The notes beneath the pieces were generated by a model. That model ran no database searches. It was not told where the DNA came from and saw nothing but the letters and a program-made list of their open reading frames with translations. From a virus: 64,000 bases of DNA. Location of the stretch: positions 61,691 to 125,690 of IMG/VR virus record IMGVR_UViG_3300048837_000975; one strand, 5' to 3'. A program made the position numbers and the translations under genes. Shown here in pieces: positions 1 through 9,957 of this stretch (within the stretch, counting starts at the first letter, position 1; each line of letters opens with the position of its first letter).

Positions 1-1
1 T

Positions 2-412
2 GGAGGTGTCTGGATCGCCAACGACCGGATTCTGACCGCCGCGCATTGCGCGAATGACCATATGTTAGCTGTGTATGAGAAGCAGCAGATTCTGGGTCGT
101 GAGGTCTGGCGTGACGATATGTTTCTGGACCTGGCGGAGTACGCCACGGACAAGGCTAGCAGCCACTACGCGAAGGTTGGTGACGTTCCGAGTGTAGACA
201 ACAAGCTCACGATCGTGATGGCGGACGGCGGAAGAATCGTCACATGGGTTGTCGGAATCGACTTGACCTGGAAGACTGCTCAGCTAAAGTGGATAGCACC
301 GCGAGGCGCAAGCGGAAGCCCTGCATTCCACGAAGACGGAACTCTTGCTTGCATAATCACTAAGCAGCTGCCCAATAGGGGGTCGCTGTGTGACTTGTAC
401 CAGTTGAGGTAA
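2..412 (+). CDS. Trypsin-like serine protease (5'-partial)
   Basis: Frame is open from the window edge and reads GVWIANDRILTAAHC (His motif), with GASGSP (Ser motif) downstream. Confidence 0.8.
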   Translation, partial: GGVWIANDRILTAAHCANDHMLAVYEKQQILGREVWRDDMFLDLAEYATDKASSHYAKVGDVPSVDNKLTIVMADGGRIVTWVVGIDLTWKTAQLKWIAPRGASGSPAFHEDGTLACIITKQLPNRGSLCDLYQLR

Positions 413-415
413 CCT

Positions 416-676
416 ATGCTAGATATTCGAGTCGAGTGTCCAGAATGTTTTCAGAGCTTCGATGTTATCGAAGAGGACCCTGACAACGCGACATATGTTA
501 ACGAGTTCCTTCAGTCCGAAAGAGGTACTGGTTGCGCTCGAGAAATCGAGCAGGAGTTTCGAGATCTTGCGGAGCTTGCGTACGCTCAAGATCCGAAGCA
601 TACAGAGTACCTGCTGACAAAACTCGGACTGCGAAAGATTCTGCGGTCTGTTGAGTTTATGTCGAGGAACCGATGA
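416..676 (+). CDS. Hypothetical protein with CxxC
   Basis: 86-aa ORF, GAGG upstream, tightly packed with neighbours. Confidence 0.6.
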   Translation: MLDIRVECPECFQSFDVIEEDPDNATYVNEFLQSERGTGCAREIEQEFRDLAELAYAQDPKHTEYLLTKLGLRKILRSVEFMSRNR

Positions 677-834
677 AGGAACAATGGGCTGTAGCTGTCG
701 ACATCATGTGTGTTCCTGCCTCAATGAAGCTAGCAAGCACGAACCTGGATAGCGGCAACTACGTTTTTGCATTCTTGCTTGTTGCGCTTTGCGTTTGGAC
801 ATCGTATAGATTGGCTGGACTCATCATTAAGTAA
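673..834 (+). CDS. Small membrane protein (53 aa)
   Basis: ATGA overlap with the previous gene; hydrophobic YVFAFLLVALCVW; fills the gap to the next gene. Confidence 0.5.
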   Translation: MKEQWAVAVDIMCVPASMKLASTNLDSGNYVFAFLLVALCVWTSYRLAGLIIK

Positions 835-836
835 AC

Positions 837-2042
837 GTGCCGTTCATCAAGAAAAAACTAGGCGTCAACGTGCTCGAGGCGGCTAAGTCTCGGATCTCTG
901 AAGTCTTCGACAACTTCGAGCACATCTACGTGTCGTTCAGCGGAGGCAAGGACAGCAGCGTCATGCTGCACCTTGTTATGGCCGAAGCAAAGAAGCGCAA
1001 CCGCAAGATCGGTGTGCTGTTCGTCGATCTGGAGGCGCAGTACGCTCTGACCATTGAGCACATTCGCGAGTGCTACGACGAGTACGCAGCCAACATCGAT
1101 CCGTACTGGGTTGCGCTTCCGATCGCCCTCAGGAACGCTGTCAGCAACTACCAGCCACAGTGGTTGTGCTGGGATCCTGACGCCAAGGACATGTGGGTGC
1201 GCGAACGCGATCCGATGTCGATTGCGGACGAGAGCTTCTTCCCGTTCTTCGAGCGCGGAATGGAGTTCGAGGACTTCATCGAGGTATTTGGTGAGTGGTA
1301 CGGCAAAGGCGAGCCAACGGCGTGTTTCGTCGGCATCCGATGCGATGAGAGCCTGAACCGGTGGCGCACACTGACCGGTGACAAGGCAATGTGGGGCGGC
1401 CGGAAGTGGAGTACCCAGGTCACGGAAAATGTGACGAACATATATCCAATCTACGATTGGAAAACTGCTGACCTGTGGGTTTTTTCCAGCAAAACCGGAC
1501 TAAAGTACAACAAGCTGTACGACCGGATGCACCAGGCCGGTTTGACCATACATGCGATGCGGATCTGCCAGCCGTACGGAGACGACCAGCGGAAGGGTCT
1601 CTGGCTGTACCAGGTGATTGAGCCTCAGACGTGGGGAAAGGTAGTAGCGCGTGTCAACGGTGCAAACTTTGGGAGTCTTTACGCCCAGGAGTCCGGCAAC
1701 GTCCTGGGGCGCCTCAAGATCGCGAAACCGAATGGGCACACCTGGAAAAGCTTCGCGAAGCTGCTATTGGATACCTTGCCGCCTGCGGCACGAGAACACT
1801 ACACAAACAAGATTATAGTGTTCCTGAAGTGGTACTCTGAACGCGGGTATCCAGATGACATTCCAGACGACGGGCCGGTCAACACAAGGGATACACCGAG
1901 CTGGGCAAGGGTGTGCAAGATGCTGCTCAAGAATGATTATTGGGGAAAAACGCTCGGTTTCAGTCAGCACAAGACTGGCGCCTACCAGAAGTATCTCGAG
2001 TTGATGCGCCGTCGCAAGGAAGCCTGGGGAATCAAAGTATGA
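837..2042 (+). CDS. PAPS-reductase-fold / DUF3440 protein (IbrA/YbdN-like)
   Basis: PP-loop SFSGGKDS, GIRCDES, YPIYDW and RICQPYG motifs; followed by a ParB-like partner. Confidence 0.85.
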   Translation: MPFIKKKLGVNVLEAAKSRISEVFDNFEHIYVSFSGGKDSSVMLHLVMAEAKKRNRKIGVLFVDLEAQYALTIEHIRECYDEYAANIDPYWVALPIALRNAVSNYQPQWLCWDPDAKDMWVRERDPMSIADESFFPFFERGMEFEDFIEVFGEWYGKGEPTACFVGIRCDESLNRWRTLTGDKAMWGGRKWSTQVTENVTNIYPIYDWKTADLWVFSSKTGLKYNKLYDRMHQAGLTIHAMRICQPYGDDQRKGLWLYQVIEPQTWGKVVARVNGANFGSLYAQESGNVLGRLKIAKPNGHTWKSFAKLLLDTLPPAAREHYTNKIIVFLKWYSERGYPDDIPDDGPVNTRDTPSWARVCKMLLKNDYWGKTLGFSQHKTGAYQKYLELMRRRKEAWGIKV

Positions 2043-2674
2043 ATGGGCTAATCGAAAAACTGGTTGCCGAGCTTGGTGCGCTGGACCTGGACGCGCGTGT
2101 TGAGGCGCTGAACAAGATTCGTGAGGCGCTTCACGATGTGAGCCCGTTCAAGGAGGAACCGGTCGACTTCGTTCGATGGGTTAAGTCCGATACAGTTTCC
2201 GCGAACGCGTGGAATCCAAATCACGTCGCTCCGCCTGAGATGAAGCTGTTGGAGCTGTCGATTGTCGCTGATGGGTACACTCAACCAGTGGTAGGGTACG
2301 CCATTGAATCCGGCTACGAGGTTGTTGACGGCTTTCACAGAAATCTAGTGGCCAAAACTTCACCTCAAGTACGCGAACGAGTGAAGGGTTACCTTCCGAT
2401 AGTCCGGATCAAATCCGACCGAGAAGATAAGGGAGATCGGATGGCGGCCACAATACGCCATAACAGGGCTCGCGGAAAACATGAGGTAATGGCCATGTCA
2501 ACCATAGTAGCCGACCTAATCAAGCGCAACTGGTCAGAAAGTCGTGTTGCTACAGAGCTCGGAATGTCCGCTGATGAGGTTTTACGCTTGCGTCAGGTTA
2601 CAGGGCTAGCAGAACTGTTCGCGGATCGCGAGTTCTCAGAGGCTTGGGAGATCGTTGAGGACACTCCGGAATGA
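2039..2674 (+). CDS. ParB/Srx-like nuclease-domain protein (IbrB/YbdM-like)
   Basis: ANAWNPN, GYTQPVV, VVDGFHR and TIRHNRARGKH motifs; ATGA overlap with the IbrA-like gene. Confidence 0.85.
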   Translation: MNGLIEKLVAELGALDLDARVEALNKIREALHDVSPFKEEPVDFVRWVKSDTVSANAWNPNHVAPPEMKLLELSIVADGYTQPVVGYAIESGYEVVDGFHRNLVAKTSPQVRERVKGYLPIVRIKSDREDKGDRMAATIRHNRARGKHEVMAMSTIVADLIKRNWSESRVATELGMSADEVLRLRQVTGLAELFADREFSEAWEIVEDTPE

Positions 2675-3948
2675 AGCTTGAGCAGATGCTAGAAACGGAC
2701 GGCTGGAGCAAAAGTTCGCTGTACTCCGACGAATCAGAATACCCATGGTATGTGTATAGGCATATATGCGAGCCAACTGGCAAATGCTACGTTGGTTATT
2801 CGGACAAGCCGATCAGGCGGTGGTTAGAGCACGTCAGGAACTCAAGAAATCAAAACAGCGATTGCTATGATACGAAGCTAAGTCGAGCGATCAGAAAATA
2901 TGGAGAGACACAGTGGTCGCACGAGATAGTAGCAAAGACCGACTGCCAAGAGTCGGCGGCTACACTTGAGCTGAAGTACGTTTCCGTGTTCAATTCGTAC
3001 GAAGATGGTTACAACTCCACGCTGGGCGGAGACGGAGCATCTCAAAAAGAGCGACTTACTGAAGAGTTCATCCTCGATAGGATCCGTGACCACAAGAAGC
3101 TCACGGGAAAGTTTCCGACCACGTCGTCGCTTTCGGTTGCCGGCGGATACGAAGGAGACACCTGGAACGGATACAGCCTAGCACTGTCGCAGGGATTTAG
3201 AGGGTTGCCCGGCGGATCCTCTCTGGCAAAGCTTCTGGCAAAGCACTTTGATCATGCAACAAATATGACCAAAGTGGACCTGACCGAAGAGTTCATTCTT
3301 GAGAGAGCTACCGAGCACTTTAGAATCTTTTCAAGGTGGCCCCGCGGGTCTGATGGAGATGTTATAGGAGGACATCCCGGCGATACCTGGTCAGGGTATC
3401 ATAGTGCTTTGTCGAAAGGTCACAGAGGTCTTCGCGGAGGAACGTCACTGGGAGAATTCCTACTATCAAAGACAGGTTACAGGAACCACAAAAACAAGCA
3501 GAAGCTTACCGAGTCGTTCATTGCAGAAGCTGCAACAAAGTACAAGGATAAAAACGGACGATGGCCAACATCAAAATCTGGTGATGTAGAATTTGGTCAT
3601 CCAGGAGATACCTGGATTGGTTACGACGGTGCGCTTGAGAAGGGTCTCCGCGGCCTGCCAGGCGGAAGCTCACTAGCTAGACTGTTAGACGAGCAAACTG
3701 ATTATGTGAACCACAAGACGAAGCCGGATCTAACTGAAGAATTTATCCTGAACAGGGCAGCAGAATACCTGTCAGAAACAGGAAAGTTACCAACCAAGCA
3801 TTCCGGTAGCGTAAGAAACGGTCACCCTGGCGATACGTGGTGCGGATACGCAGCATCCCTGGAAAGGGGAACAAGAGGTCTTCCTGGCAAATCAACCTTG
3901 CCGAAGCTCCTCAAACCCCTGAAGCTCGTCAAGCCCACTCAAACTTGA
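2671..3948 (+). CDS. GIY-YIG-type endonuclease with four tandem ~75-aa C-terminal repeats
   Basis: YVY..CYVG..RWLEH..RAIRKYG..LE..GYN; repeats LTEEFIL..P..SG.V..G..GDTW.GY..L..G.RGLPGG.SL. Confidence 0.75.
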   Translation: MKLEQMLETDGWSKSSLYSDESEYPWYVYRHICEPTGKCYVGYSDKPIRRWLEHVRNSRNQNSDCYDTKLSRAIRKYGETQWSHEIVAKTDCQESAATLELKYVSVFNSYEDGYNSTLGGDGASQKERLTEEFILDRIRDHKKLTGKFPTTSSLSVAGGYEGDTWNGYSLALSQGFRGLPGGSSLAKLLAKHFDHATNMTKVDLTEEFILERATEHFRIFSRWPRGSDGDVIGGHPGDTWSGYHSALSKGHRGLRGGTSLGEFLLSKTGYRNHKNKQKLTESFIAEAATKYKDKNGRWPTSKSGDVEFGHPGDTWIGYDGALEKGLRGLPGGSSLARLLDEQTDYVNHKTKPDLTEEFILNRAAEYLSETGKLPTKHSGSVRNGHPGDTWCGYAASLERGTRGLPGKSTLPKLLKPLKLVKPTQT

Positions 3949-3981
3949 ACTTCCGGCCGGCAAAGTGTATTGTCAACAGAA

Positions 3982-4518
3982 ATGTTGACGCTTGCCGACG
4001 TTGCCGCTCCGAAACACACCATCCGGTCATTCAAAGGGCCAGAGGATACGATTTCGACCATGACGGAAATGGTGCGCGGTCCAAGAGGCGAGCGCTCCAT
4101 GGTCGTATACGCCGCGACGCAAGCCGTTATTCGCGGTCTGCAGCCGAAGGACTACCTGTCGGAGATCCTGGCGATCCGGAACTTCGTTGCTGAAAAGTGT
4201 AGATACTGCAACGATCCAGCCAGTACCGAGCTCGTTAGGGATCCTCAGCATATCATTGAAGAGATCGCGAAGCACGGTCGCATCAGCGCCGACTGTGACG
4301 ACATCGCCTGTGTGACCGCCGCTATGGCGCGCCAGGTTGGGCGAGATGCGGAGTTCATCACTGTTGGCTTTGGGGAGCCTGGTCGGTTTACTCACGTGTT
4401 CTGCAGGGTTCTGGAGCCGAAGTCAGGCAAGTGGATCGTGTGCGATCCGGTTGCTGGCACCGGCGAAGAAAAGATGCTGTTGCGAGTCAAGACGTGGAAA
4501 GCACACAAGATTCCGTAA
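3982..4518 (+). CDS. Transglutaminase-like cysteine-protease-fold protein
   Basis: DCDD, THVF and W..CDP give a Cys-His-Asp triad. Confidence 0.75.
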   Translation: MLTLADVAAPKHTIRSFKGPEDTISTMTEMVRGPRGERSMVVYAATQAVIRGLQPKDYLSEILAIRNFVAEKCRYCNDPASTELVRDPQHIIEEIAKHGRISADCDDIACVTAAMARQVGRDAEFITVGFGEPGRFTHVFCRVLEPKSGKWIVCDPVAGTGEEKMLLRVKTWKAHKIP

Positions 4519-4529
4519 GGTAAACAAAC

Positions 4530-5201
4530 ATGAGCTACTATCCTACGAATGGTTTGGGCGCGTCCGCGTCTGTTTCGGCCTCTGCCTCGTTGAGCGTTGG
4601 TGCGAAGAAGCCGGCTCCGAAGAAGCCTGCGCCCAAGAAACCGGCTCCGAAGAAGCCTGGTCTCATCACTTCGTTCGCCGCGAAGATAGCTGCGGCTACG
4701 AAATCTGCCGCTGATGCTAAGAAAAAGGCACAGATTGAGGCCGCCCGCAAAGCAGCCTCAGCTGCCGCATCAAAGCCTGGCACACCGAAGGCTGCTTCTG
4801 TTCCCGCTGCGCGGCCAGCGCTGCTGAGCGCTGCTGGTCACGCTATCAAGGCTGCGTCTACGCCAGTTGCTCGCCCAGCGCTCCTGAGCGAGTCCGGCGC
4901 GAAGGCGAACGCCGATGTGATGAATCCGGAAAAGCAGAGCATTTCGACCGACGGAAAGTGCTACGCTGGTAAGGTTCTTTTTGAGAACCGTGGAATCAGC
5001 TTCTGTATGCCTCCCGCCGCGTACGCGCAGATGCAGCTCGAAAAGGCTGGCCCCGCCGTCGTCTCGGTGAAGCCCGAGGATGCCATTAATTCTGATCAGA
5101 AGACGGTGGAGGTGGAGCCAAAGAGTAACCTTCCTCTGAAGATTGCTGTCGGTGGGTTGATTGCTGCCGGAGCCATCACGCTGATTATTGTGGCAAGCTA
5201 A
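4530..5201 (+). CDS. Putative virion membrane protein (KKPAP repeats, C-terminal TM helix)
   Basis: Low-complexity K/A/P N-terminus and hydrophobic C-terminus. Confidence 0.6.
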   Translation: MSYYPTNGLGASASVSASASLSVGAKKPAPKKPAPKKPAPKKPGLITSFAAKIAAATKSAADAKKKAQIEAARKAASAAASKPGTPKAASVPAARPALLSAAGHAIKAASTPVARPALLSESGAKANADVMNPEKQSISTDGKCYAGKVLFENRGISFCMPPAAYAQMQLEKAGPAVVSVKPEDAINSDQKTVEVEPKSNLPLKIAVGGLIAAGAITLIIVAS

Positions 5202-6223
5202 TGTCGGTTCTTACATCAATAGCAAAAGCTCAAGCTGCCGCTGCCAAGGTTGTCGCAGAAGTGAAAGCTAAAGCGGCAGCTGACGCCAAGAAGAAGGCTG
5301 CGATTGAGGCTTCGCGTAAGGCATCATCCGAGATGGCTGCAAAGTCAGCCGCCTACGCCGCTCAGCAGGAGGCAAAGGCTCGTGCCGCTCAGCAAGCTGC
5401 GATCGAAGCCTCACGCCGAGCGTCTGCGGAGCAAGCCGCCAGATCTGCTGCGGCAGCTGCCCAGTCTGAAGCGAAAGCAAAGGCTGAACGCGCAGCTATG
5501 ATCGAGGCATCCCGGAGGGCGTCGGCTGAGATGGCTGCGAAGTCTGCTGCAGCGGCTGCTCAGGCCGAGGCTAAAGCCAAAGCGGAGCGCGCGGCGATGA
5601 TCGAAGCCTCGCGCAAAGCTTCGGCGGAGCAAGCTGCTAAGGCTGCTGCCTATGCTGCTCAACAGGAAGCTGCCGCCAAAGCTGCTGAAGCGAAGCGTCT
5701 AGCTGCGATCGAGGCGTCCCGCAGGGCTTCAGCCGAGATGGCGGCGAAGTCTGCAGCGTACGCTGCTCAACAAGAAGCTGCCGCCAAGGCTGCTCAACAG
5801 GAGGCTATCGAAGCTGGGCGGGCAAAGCTGTCTCAGCAGGCGTCTGCGGCTGCCGCTCAATCCGCGCAGATCGAAGCTGCTGCGAAGCAAACCGAGTCGC
5901 GAGTGTCGATGGAAGCTGCTCGCGCTGCTGACATGGCGGCTCGCGCTGCCGCTTCAGCAAAGACGGCTGAGGATGCTCGCGCAGCACAGATCGCACAGAC
6001 CATCGCTTCAGCAAAGGCTGCCGAAGCGAACCGCATCAAGCAAGAGACCGATTCCGTTCTGGTTCAACCGGAGAAGTCAGCCATAACCCCGATTGACATC
6101 AAGGAATTTGCTCTAAAGCAAGAACCGGTGCAGAATAGACCCAAGGTGTCTAAGGTGGCAGTCGCTGCGGGCGCCGGCATTCTGGGAATCGGTGTGGTTG
6201 CATATCTAGTGTATCGGAAATAA
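5201..6223 (+). CDS. Ala-rich coiled-coil protein with IEASR repeats and C-terminal TM anchor
   Basis: Five IEASR[KR]AS repeats; ends GILGIGVVAYLVYRK. Confidence 0.7.
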   Translation: MSVLTSIAKAQAAAAKVVAEVKAKAAADAKKKAAIEASRKASSEMAAKSAAYAAQQEAKARAAQQAAIEASRRASAEQAARSAAAAAQSEAKAKAERAAMIEASRRASAEMAAKSAAAAAQAEAKAKAERAAMIEASRKASAEQAAKAAAYAAQQEAAAKAAEAKRLAAIEASRRASAEMAAKSAAYAAQQEAAAKAAQQEAIEAGRAKLSQQASAAAAQSAQIEAAAKQTESRVSMEAARAADMAARAAASAKTAEDARAAQIAQTIASAKAAEANRIKQETDSVLVQPEKSAITPIDIKEFALKQEPVQNRPKVSKVAVAAGAGILGIGVVAYLVYRK

Positions 6224-6226
6224 CCA

Positions 6227-6913
6227 ATGTCGAGATATCCTGTTTACCCTACCCAGATTGTTGGCGGTAACCTTCCTTCAATGAAGGATATGGGGCCCCC
6301 AGATCTGAGGCCGTCCTCGAGCACGGCGCCGCGATACCAAAGGAGATTTGATCAAATGTACGGAAGGCACTTGGCTGGCGCGTCGCTGGGCACCGTCGTA
6401 GCGGACGAGGAGGTTCAGTCGGGCTGGGCGCTGAACGAGATTCAGCAAATGGAAGCGATGGACGACACGCAAGCTTCTGGCGTGTTCGACCCGCCCGGCT
6501 CACGTCCCAACATTAACGTTGACTACGGCATTCTTGCTGCGCGCTACTCGCTTCCGGGGTTCCTTGCGCGCGAGAAGATGTTCGCGCCGTCCGAGGTTCG
6601 CGATGCGACTACGGGCGAGCCGATTGTGAACGTTCCTGCCGGCTGGACGGTCGCTGATGACGCGTCGAAGATCGCGTTCATTCAGAATCGCTTTCACCAA
6701 CCTCCGAAGTCTGTGGTCGCTTGGACCAAACAGGATCCGATGGTTGAGCGCTCTACCGTGAATGCGACCATGCCCGCGAAGCCGGTGAGCGGCCTCGGAA
6801 GCCTCGGTTCGTCTACTACCATGATCGCTGTTCTGGGTCTTGCTGGTCTTGCTGCTGGCGTGTATGCGGCTAGCAAGATGGGAGCGATGTCGAAGAACGG
6901 GAGAAAGCGCTAA
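6227..6913 (+). CDS. Putative virion membrane protein
   Basis: C-terminal TM helix after an SGLG motif, then a basic tail. Confidence 0.6.
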   Translation: MSRYPVYPTQIVGGNLPSMKDMGPPDLRPSSSTAPRYQRRFDQMYGRHLAGASLGTVVADEEVQSGWALNEIQQMEAMDDTQASGVFDPPGSRPNINVDYGILAARYSLPGFLAREKMFAPSEVRDATTGEPIVNVPAGWTVADDASKIAFIQNRFHQPPKSVVAWTKQDPMVERSTVNATMPAKPVSGLGSLGSSTTMIAVLGLAGLAAGVYAASKMGAMSKNGRKR

Positions 6914-7425
6914 TGGCAACTGTTCTTGGTCTGCCTCTGATTCTTGATGATGAAGAGGTGAATGAGCCGGTTACCATTCGTCACGATCCTCGTGAGCCGG
7001 GTCACCCGCTTCACGTTCAGCGAGACTACAACCGTCCGATGAACATTCGGCACGGAGGCAACATGTCAGGGTTCGGAAACCCGGATCCAAGCATGGGCGC
7101 ATTCGGCAACCTCGGCGCGTACTACCCATCTTCCGGCAAGCCTGTTGGCGCAGGCTCAGCGATTGCTGCTACGGTTTCGCCGGTTGCTGGCCTTGGAATG
7201 GGTCCTCTGTCCGCTGCTGGCCTTGGCATGGGAACGATCGCGCTGATTGGGCTCGCGTACGTGGCGGCGCTTGGCGGCTCTGGCTATTACCTCGGCGGTA
7301 AGTTCGCTCCTTCTGCAAAGCAGGAAGAGGCGTACAAGTGGATTGGTGCGGTTGCCAACGTGATTCTTCCTGGCATTGGTCTTGTTGGCCTTGGTCTGGC
7401 TAGCGCGCTGTCCTCAGATGAGTGA
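6913..7425 (+). CDS. Gly-rich membrane protein
   Basis: TAATG coupling; two hydrophobic helices. Confidence 0.6.
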   Translation: MATVLGLPLILDDEEVNEPVTIRHDPREPGHPLHVQRDYNRPMNIRHGGNMSGFGNPDPSMGAFGNLGAYYPSSGKPVGAGSAIAATVSPVAGLGMGPLSAAGLGMGTIALIGLAYVAALGGSGYYLGGKFAPSAKQEEAYKWIGAVANVILPGIGLVGLGLASALSSDE

Positions 7426-7465
7426 ATTTGTGTTTCATCCCCAAAAGGGGTAGATTAGAGGAGTC

Positions 7466-7864
7466 ATGTATCAAGGCGTTCCCTCCCCTTTTGCTGTCAG
7501 GGCACATCCATACCCGTCAAGGTTCCACGGAACTTCTTCCGTGCGTCCGGTCTTTAGCTTCCCTTTCGTTAGGAAGCCTCACAATGTGCTGATGCCAAAT
7601 CAGTACAAGGGGCTCGGTGCTGAGATCGCAACCGTTCCGACCACGACCGCTCCGGAGGAGATTGATTATCCCGAGAAGCATATCGGATGGGACACTCGTG
7701 ATGGTATCTTCCGCGACTACGAGGTTGGCGGAGGAGGACTCTTCAACAACGTTTCGGGGCTCGGTATGACCGTAGACGCAAAATCAGTTTCACTGTTCAT
7801 GGTTGGTGCTGGCGTAGCGTTTGCCGCCGTGTCCCTGTTCCTGGCGAACCGAAAGAAGGCGTAA
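7466..7864 (+). CDS. Putative virion membrane protein
   Basis: GAGGAG RBS; GLG motifs; C-terminal TM helix plus RKKA. Confidence 0.65.
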   Translation: MYQGVPSPFAVRAHPYPSRFHGTSSVRPVFSFPFVRKPHNVLMPNQYKGLGAEIATVPTTTAPEEIDYPEKHIGWDTRDGIFRDYEVGGGGLFNNVSGLGMTVDAKSVSLFMVGAGVAFAAVSLFLANRKKA

Positions 7865-7865
7865 C

Positions 7866-8687
7866 ATGGCTTACACTTCTCTTCGCGGTGGACTCGGCGC
7901 TGGCTGTCAGGGGGTGACCCTTGCTGAACCGTCTCCGGTCTGCTGGGACAAGCCCGGCTTCACGGACTGCATGAACGAGCAGCTTCGTAAGGCTCAGGCC
8001 AACTGCAACAACGTTTGGAAGACGCAAGGTTATTGCAGCTACGACAACTGCGTTCAGCAGTATCGGCGCATGTACCAGAAGTCCAATTGCAGCAACATCT
8101 ACTGTGATGTTGGGCCAGCAAAGCCGACCGAGACGAAGTGTTACACCAGCGCGCAGTGCCCATCTGGTCTGATCTGTCAGGGAGCAGGAAGCTTCTCGCA
8201 AGGAATCTGCGTCGCCAAGGTTCTGCCTTCGGTCACCACGTCTGCTCAGAATGCTGTTGCGCAGATGCAGGTCTCGGACGCGAGCAAGTATCCGTGGATG
8301 GTGAAGTCTGCGGCTACCCTCGAGCTTCAGAAGAGAATCAACGCCGCTGGGTTGGACCGCTGGAAGAAGGGTCTAACGAAGGGCTACTGTAAGATCGAAG
8401 AGGACGGAAAGCTTGCCGCTGGCACTTGTGGCGCCGGTCGAGCTAATGGCATTCCGATGCCGACTTCGTGTAAAGAGTACGCGACGGATTGTCGAGGAAC
8501 TTTCGTTGGCGACGCGAAACCTGCGGTTGTTGCGCCTCGCCCCACGTCTGTTCCTGTATATGTGCCTACTCCTGCTCCGGTTGACGTGCCCGCCTACGTG
8601 GCTCCGGAGCCCGTGTACAAAAACAAGGCGCTTCTCTTTGGTATCATCAGCGGAATCGTTGGCGCGGTTCTGAAAACGGGAATGTAA
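7866..8687 (+). CDS. Cys-rich membrane-anchored protein, possible peptidoglycan-binding-like segment
   Basis: Many Cys residues; LQKRIN..EDGKLAAGT resembles PG_binding_1; C-terminal TM helix. Confidence 0.55.
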   Translation: MAYTSLRGGLGAGCQGVTLAEPSPVCWDKPGFTDCMNEQLRKAQANCNNVWKTQGYCSYDNCVQQYRRMYQKSNCSNIYCDVGPAKPTETKCYTSAQCPSGLICQGAGSFSQGICVAKVLPSVTTSAQNAVAQMQVSDASKYPWMVKSAATLELQKRINAAGLDRWKKGLTKGYCKIEEDGKLAAGTCGAGRANGIPMPTSCKEYATDCRGTFVGDAKPAVVAPRPTSVPVYVPTPAPVDVPAYVAPEPVYKNKALLFGIISGIVGAVLKTGM

Positions 8688-9475
8688 TGGCTACTCACAC
8701 TATCAAAGCTGGCGATACGCCCTGGTCTCTCGCGGTGAAGTACGTTGGAAACGGAAACCGCTGGAAGGAACTCTGTTCGTCGAATCCGCAGCTTCCGAAG
8801 CACGCGACGTATGGGTGCGTGTTTACGGTTGGTAAGGTGATTGAGCTTCCGCAGTCCTGGGTTCCTGACTCTCCTGTTCAGCAGGATCTGCCGACGGCTC
8901 CGACCACCTACATTACGGTTCCGCAGCAGATCAATATTCCAGGATTTGGGCCGGTATCCGTTCCTCAGATTCCTGGGCTGACGGCTCCGACGGCTACTCC
9001 AGCTCCAGCGACTGCTCCTTCGGTTACGTCCGCTCCGAAGCCTGGTCTGATGGTTCCGGTGACTGCTCAGGTGAAGCCGGGTCTCATTCCTGGGTTGCCC
9101 GCGCAGGTAGCTGGCGTCGACACGTCGTACCTTCTGATTGGTGCCGCTGGCTTGCTCGCGATTGGCGCCGCCGTGGTGTTGACCGGCAAGAAGAAGCCGG
9201 CCATGTCGCAGAACCCGCGCAAGCTCACCAAAGAGCAGCTGTCGGCGTTCAAGCGGTGGGACCGTGCGTCCAAGGCGTGGTACGGAGCGATCAACGCCAA
9301 GAGGAAGCCCGAGGTGATCTCGGTCCTCGCCAAGAAGGAGATGGCGGCTCGAGACAAGATGCGAAATGCTGGTGTACAAGAGCAGTACATCCACAGCATC
9401 GAGACTCGCAATATGAAGCTGCGACCGAAGCGCAAAGCTGCGCCCAAGTCTAAGCGGCGTGGTGGTCGACGATGA
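8687..9475 (+). CDS. LysM-domain membrane protein with basic tail
   Basis: HTIKAGDTPWSLAVKY..W..L..NP..GKVIELP; Pro/Thr linker; TM helix. Confidence 0.8.
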   Translation: MATHTIKAGDTPWSLAVKYVGNGNRWKELCSSNPQLPKHATYGCVFTVGKVIELPQSWVPDSPVQQDLPTAPTTYITVPQQINIPGFGPVSVPQIPGLTAPTATPAPATAPSVTSAPKPGLMVPVTAQVKPGLIPGLPAQVAGVDTSYLLIGAAGLLAIGAAVVLTGKKKPAMSQNPRKLTKEQLSAFKRWDRASKAWYGAINAKRKPEVISVLAKKEMAARDKMRNAGVQEQYIHSIETRNMKLRPKRKAAPKSKRRGGRR

Positions 9476-9954
9476 GCGGTCTATTCAGAAACCAGCGAAT
9501 AACGCGAGAGTCGTGCGGATCCTGCTCCGGTATGGGCGAGGTGACGCAGGATGATCTTGCACGCTGGCAGGCCGGTGACTTCTCATGGGCGGACTGGGCC
9601 TGGTGCAAGGCGTCCCCGAAGGCTCTGCTTGTCCTGGTGCCGCTGATCGGTCCGGCGCTTGGAGTTGCCTCGCTCTTTGGCGCTGGGCGCATTCCAATGC
9701 ACAAGAACGTTCCGCTTGTCGCCGTTCAGGCGGCGTCGGTGTGGCCGTGCTTGTCCGAGGAGGCTCAGCGAGCAGCGAACAAGAAGGCAGAGGAGTACAC
9801 CACCGGCTCTCCGTCTTCGACGCCTACTAACGTACCTGAGACATCTGTTATCCCTGAGGTGTCCAAGGAAACCAAGAAGCAAATTGGACTTTTGACTGTA
9901 GCTGCTGTATTTATCGGTCTGACTATTCTGTCGAAACGTAAGAACAGAAAGTAA
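9472..9954 (+). CDS. Membrane protein
   Basis: ATGA overlap; C-terminal TM helix plus KRKNRK. Confidence 0.6.
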   Translation: MSGLFRNQRITRESCGSCSGMGEVTQDDLARWQAGDFSWADWAWCKASPKALLVLVPLIGPALGVASLFGAGRIPMHKNVPLVAVQAASVWPCLSEEAQRAANKKAEEYTTGSPSSTPTNVPETSVIPEVSKETKKQIGLLTVAAVFIGLTILSKRKNRK

Positions 9955-9957
9955 CTC

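Noticed and set aside
816-828. GGACTCATCA resembling the hammerhead end
   Set aside because: The stems and the GAAA half are missing, and it lies inside a small ORF.
2671-3948. Group I intron or intein hosting the GIY-YIG gene
   Set aside because: The flanking genes appear complete, the ORF is translationally coupled to the upstream gene, and there is no room for an intron core.
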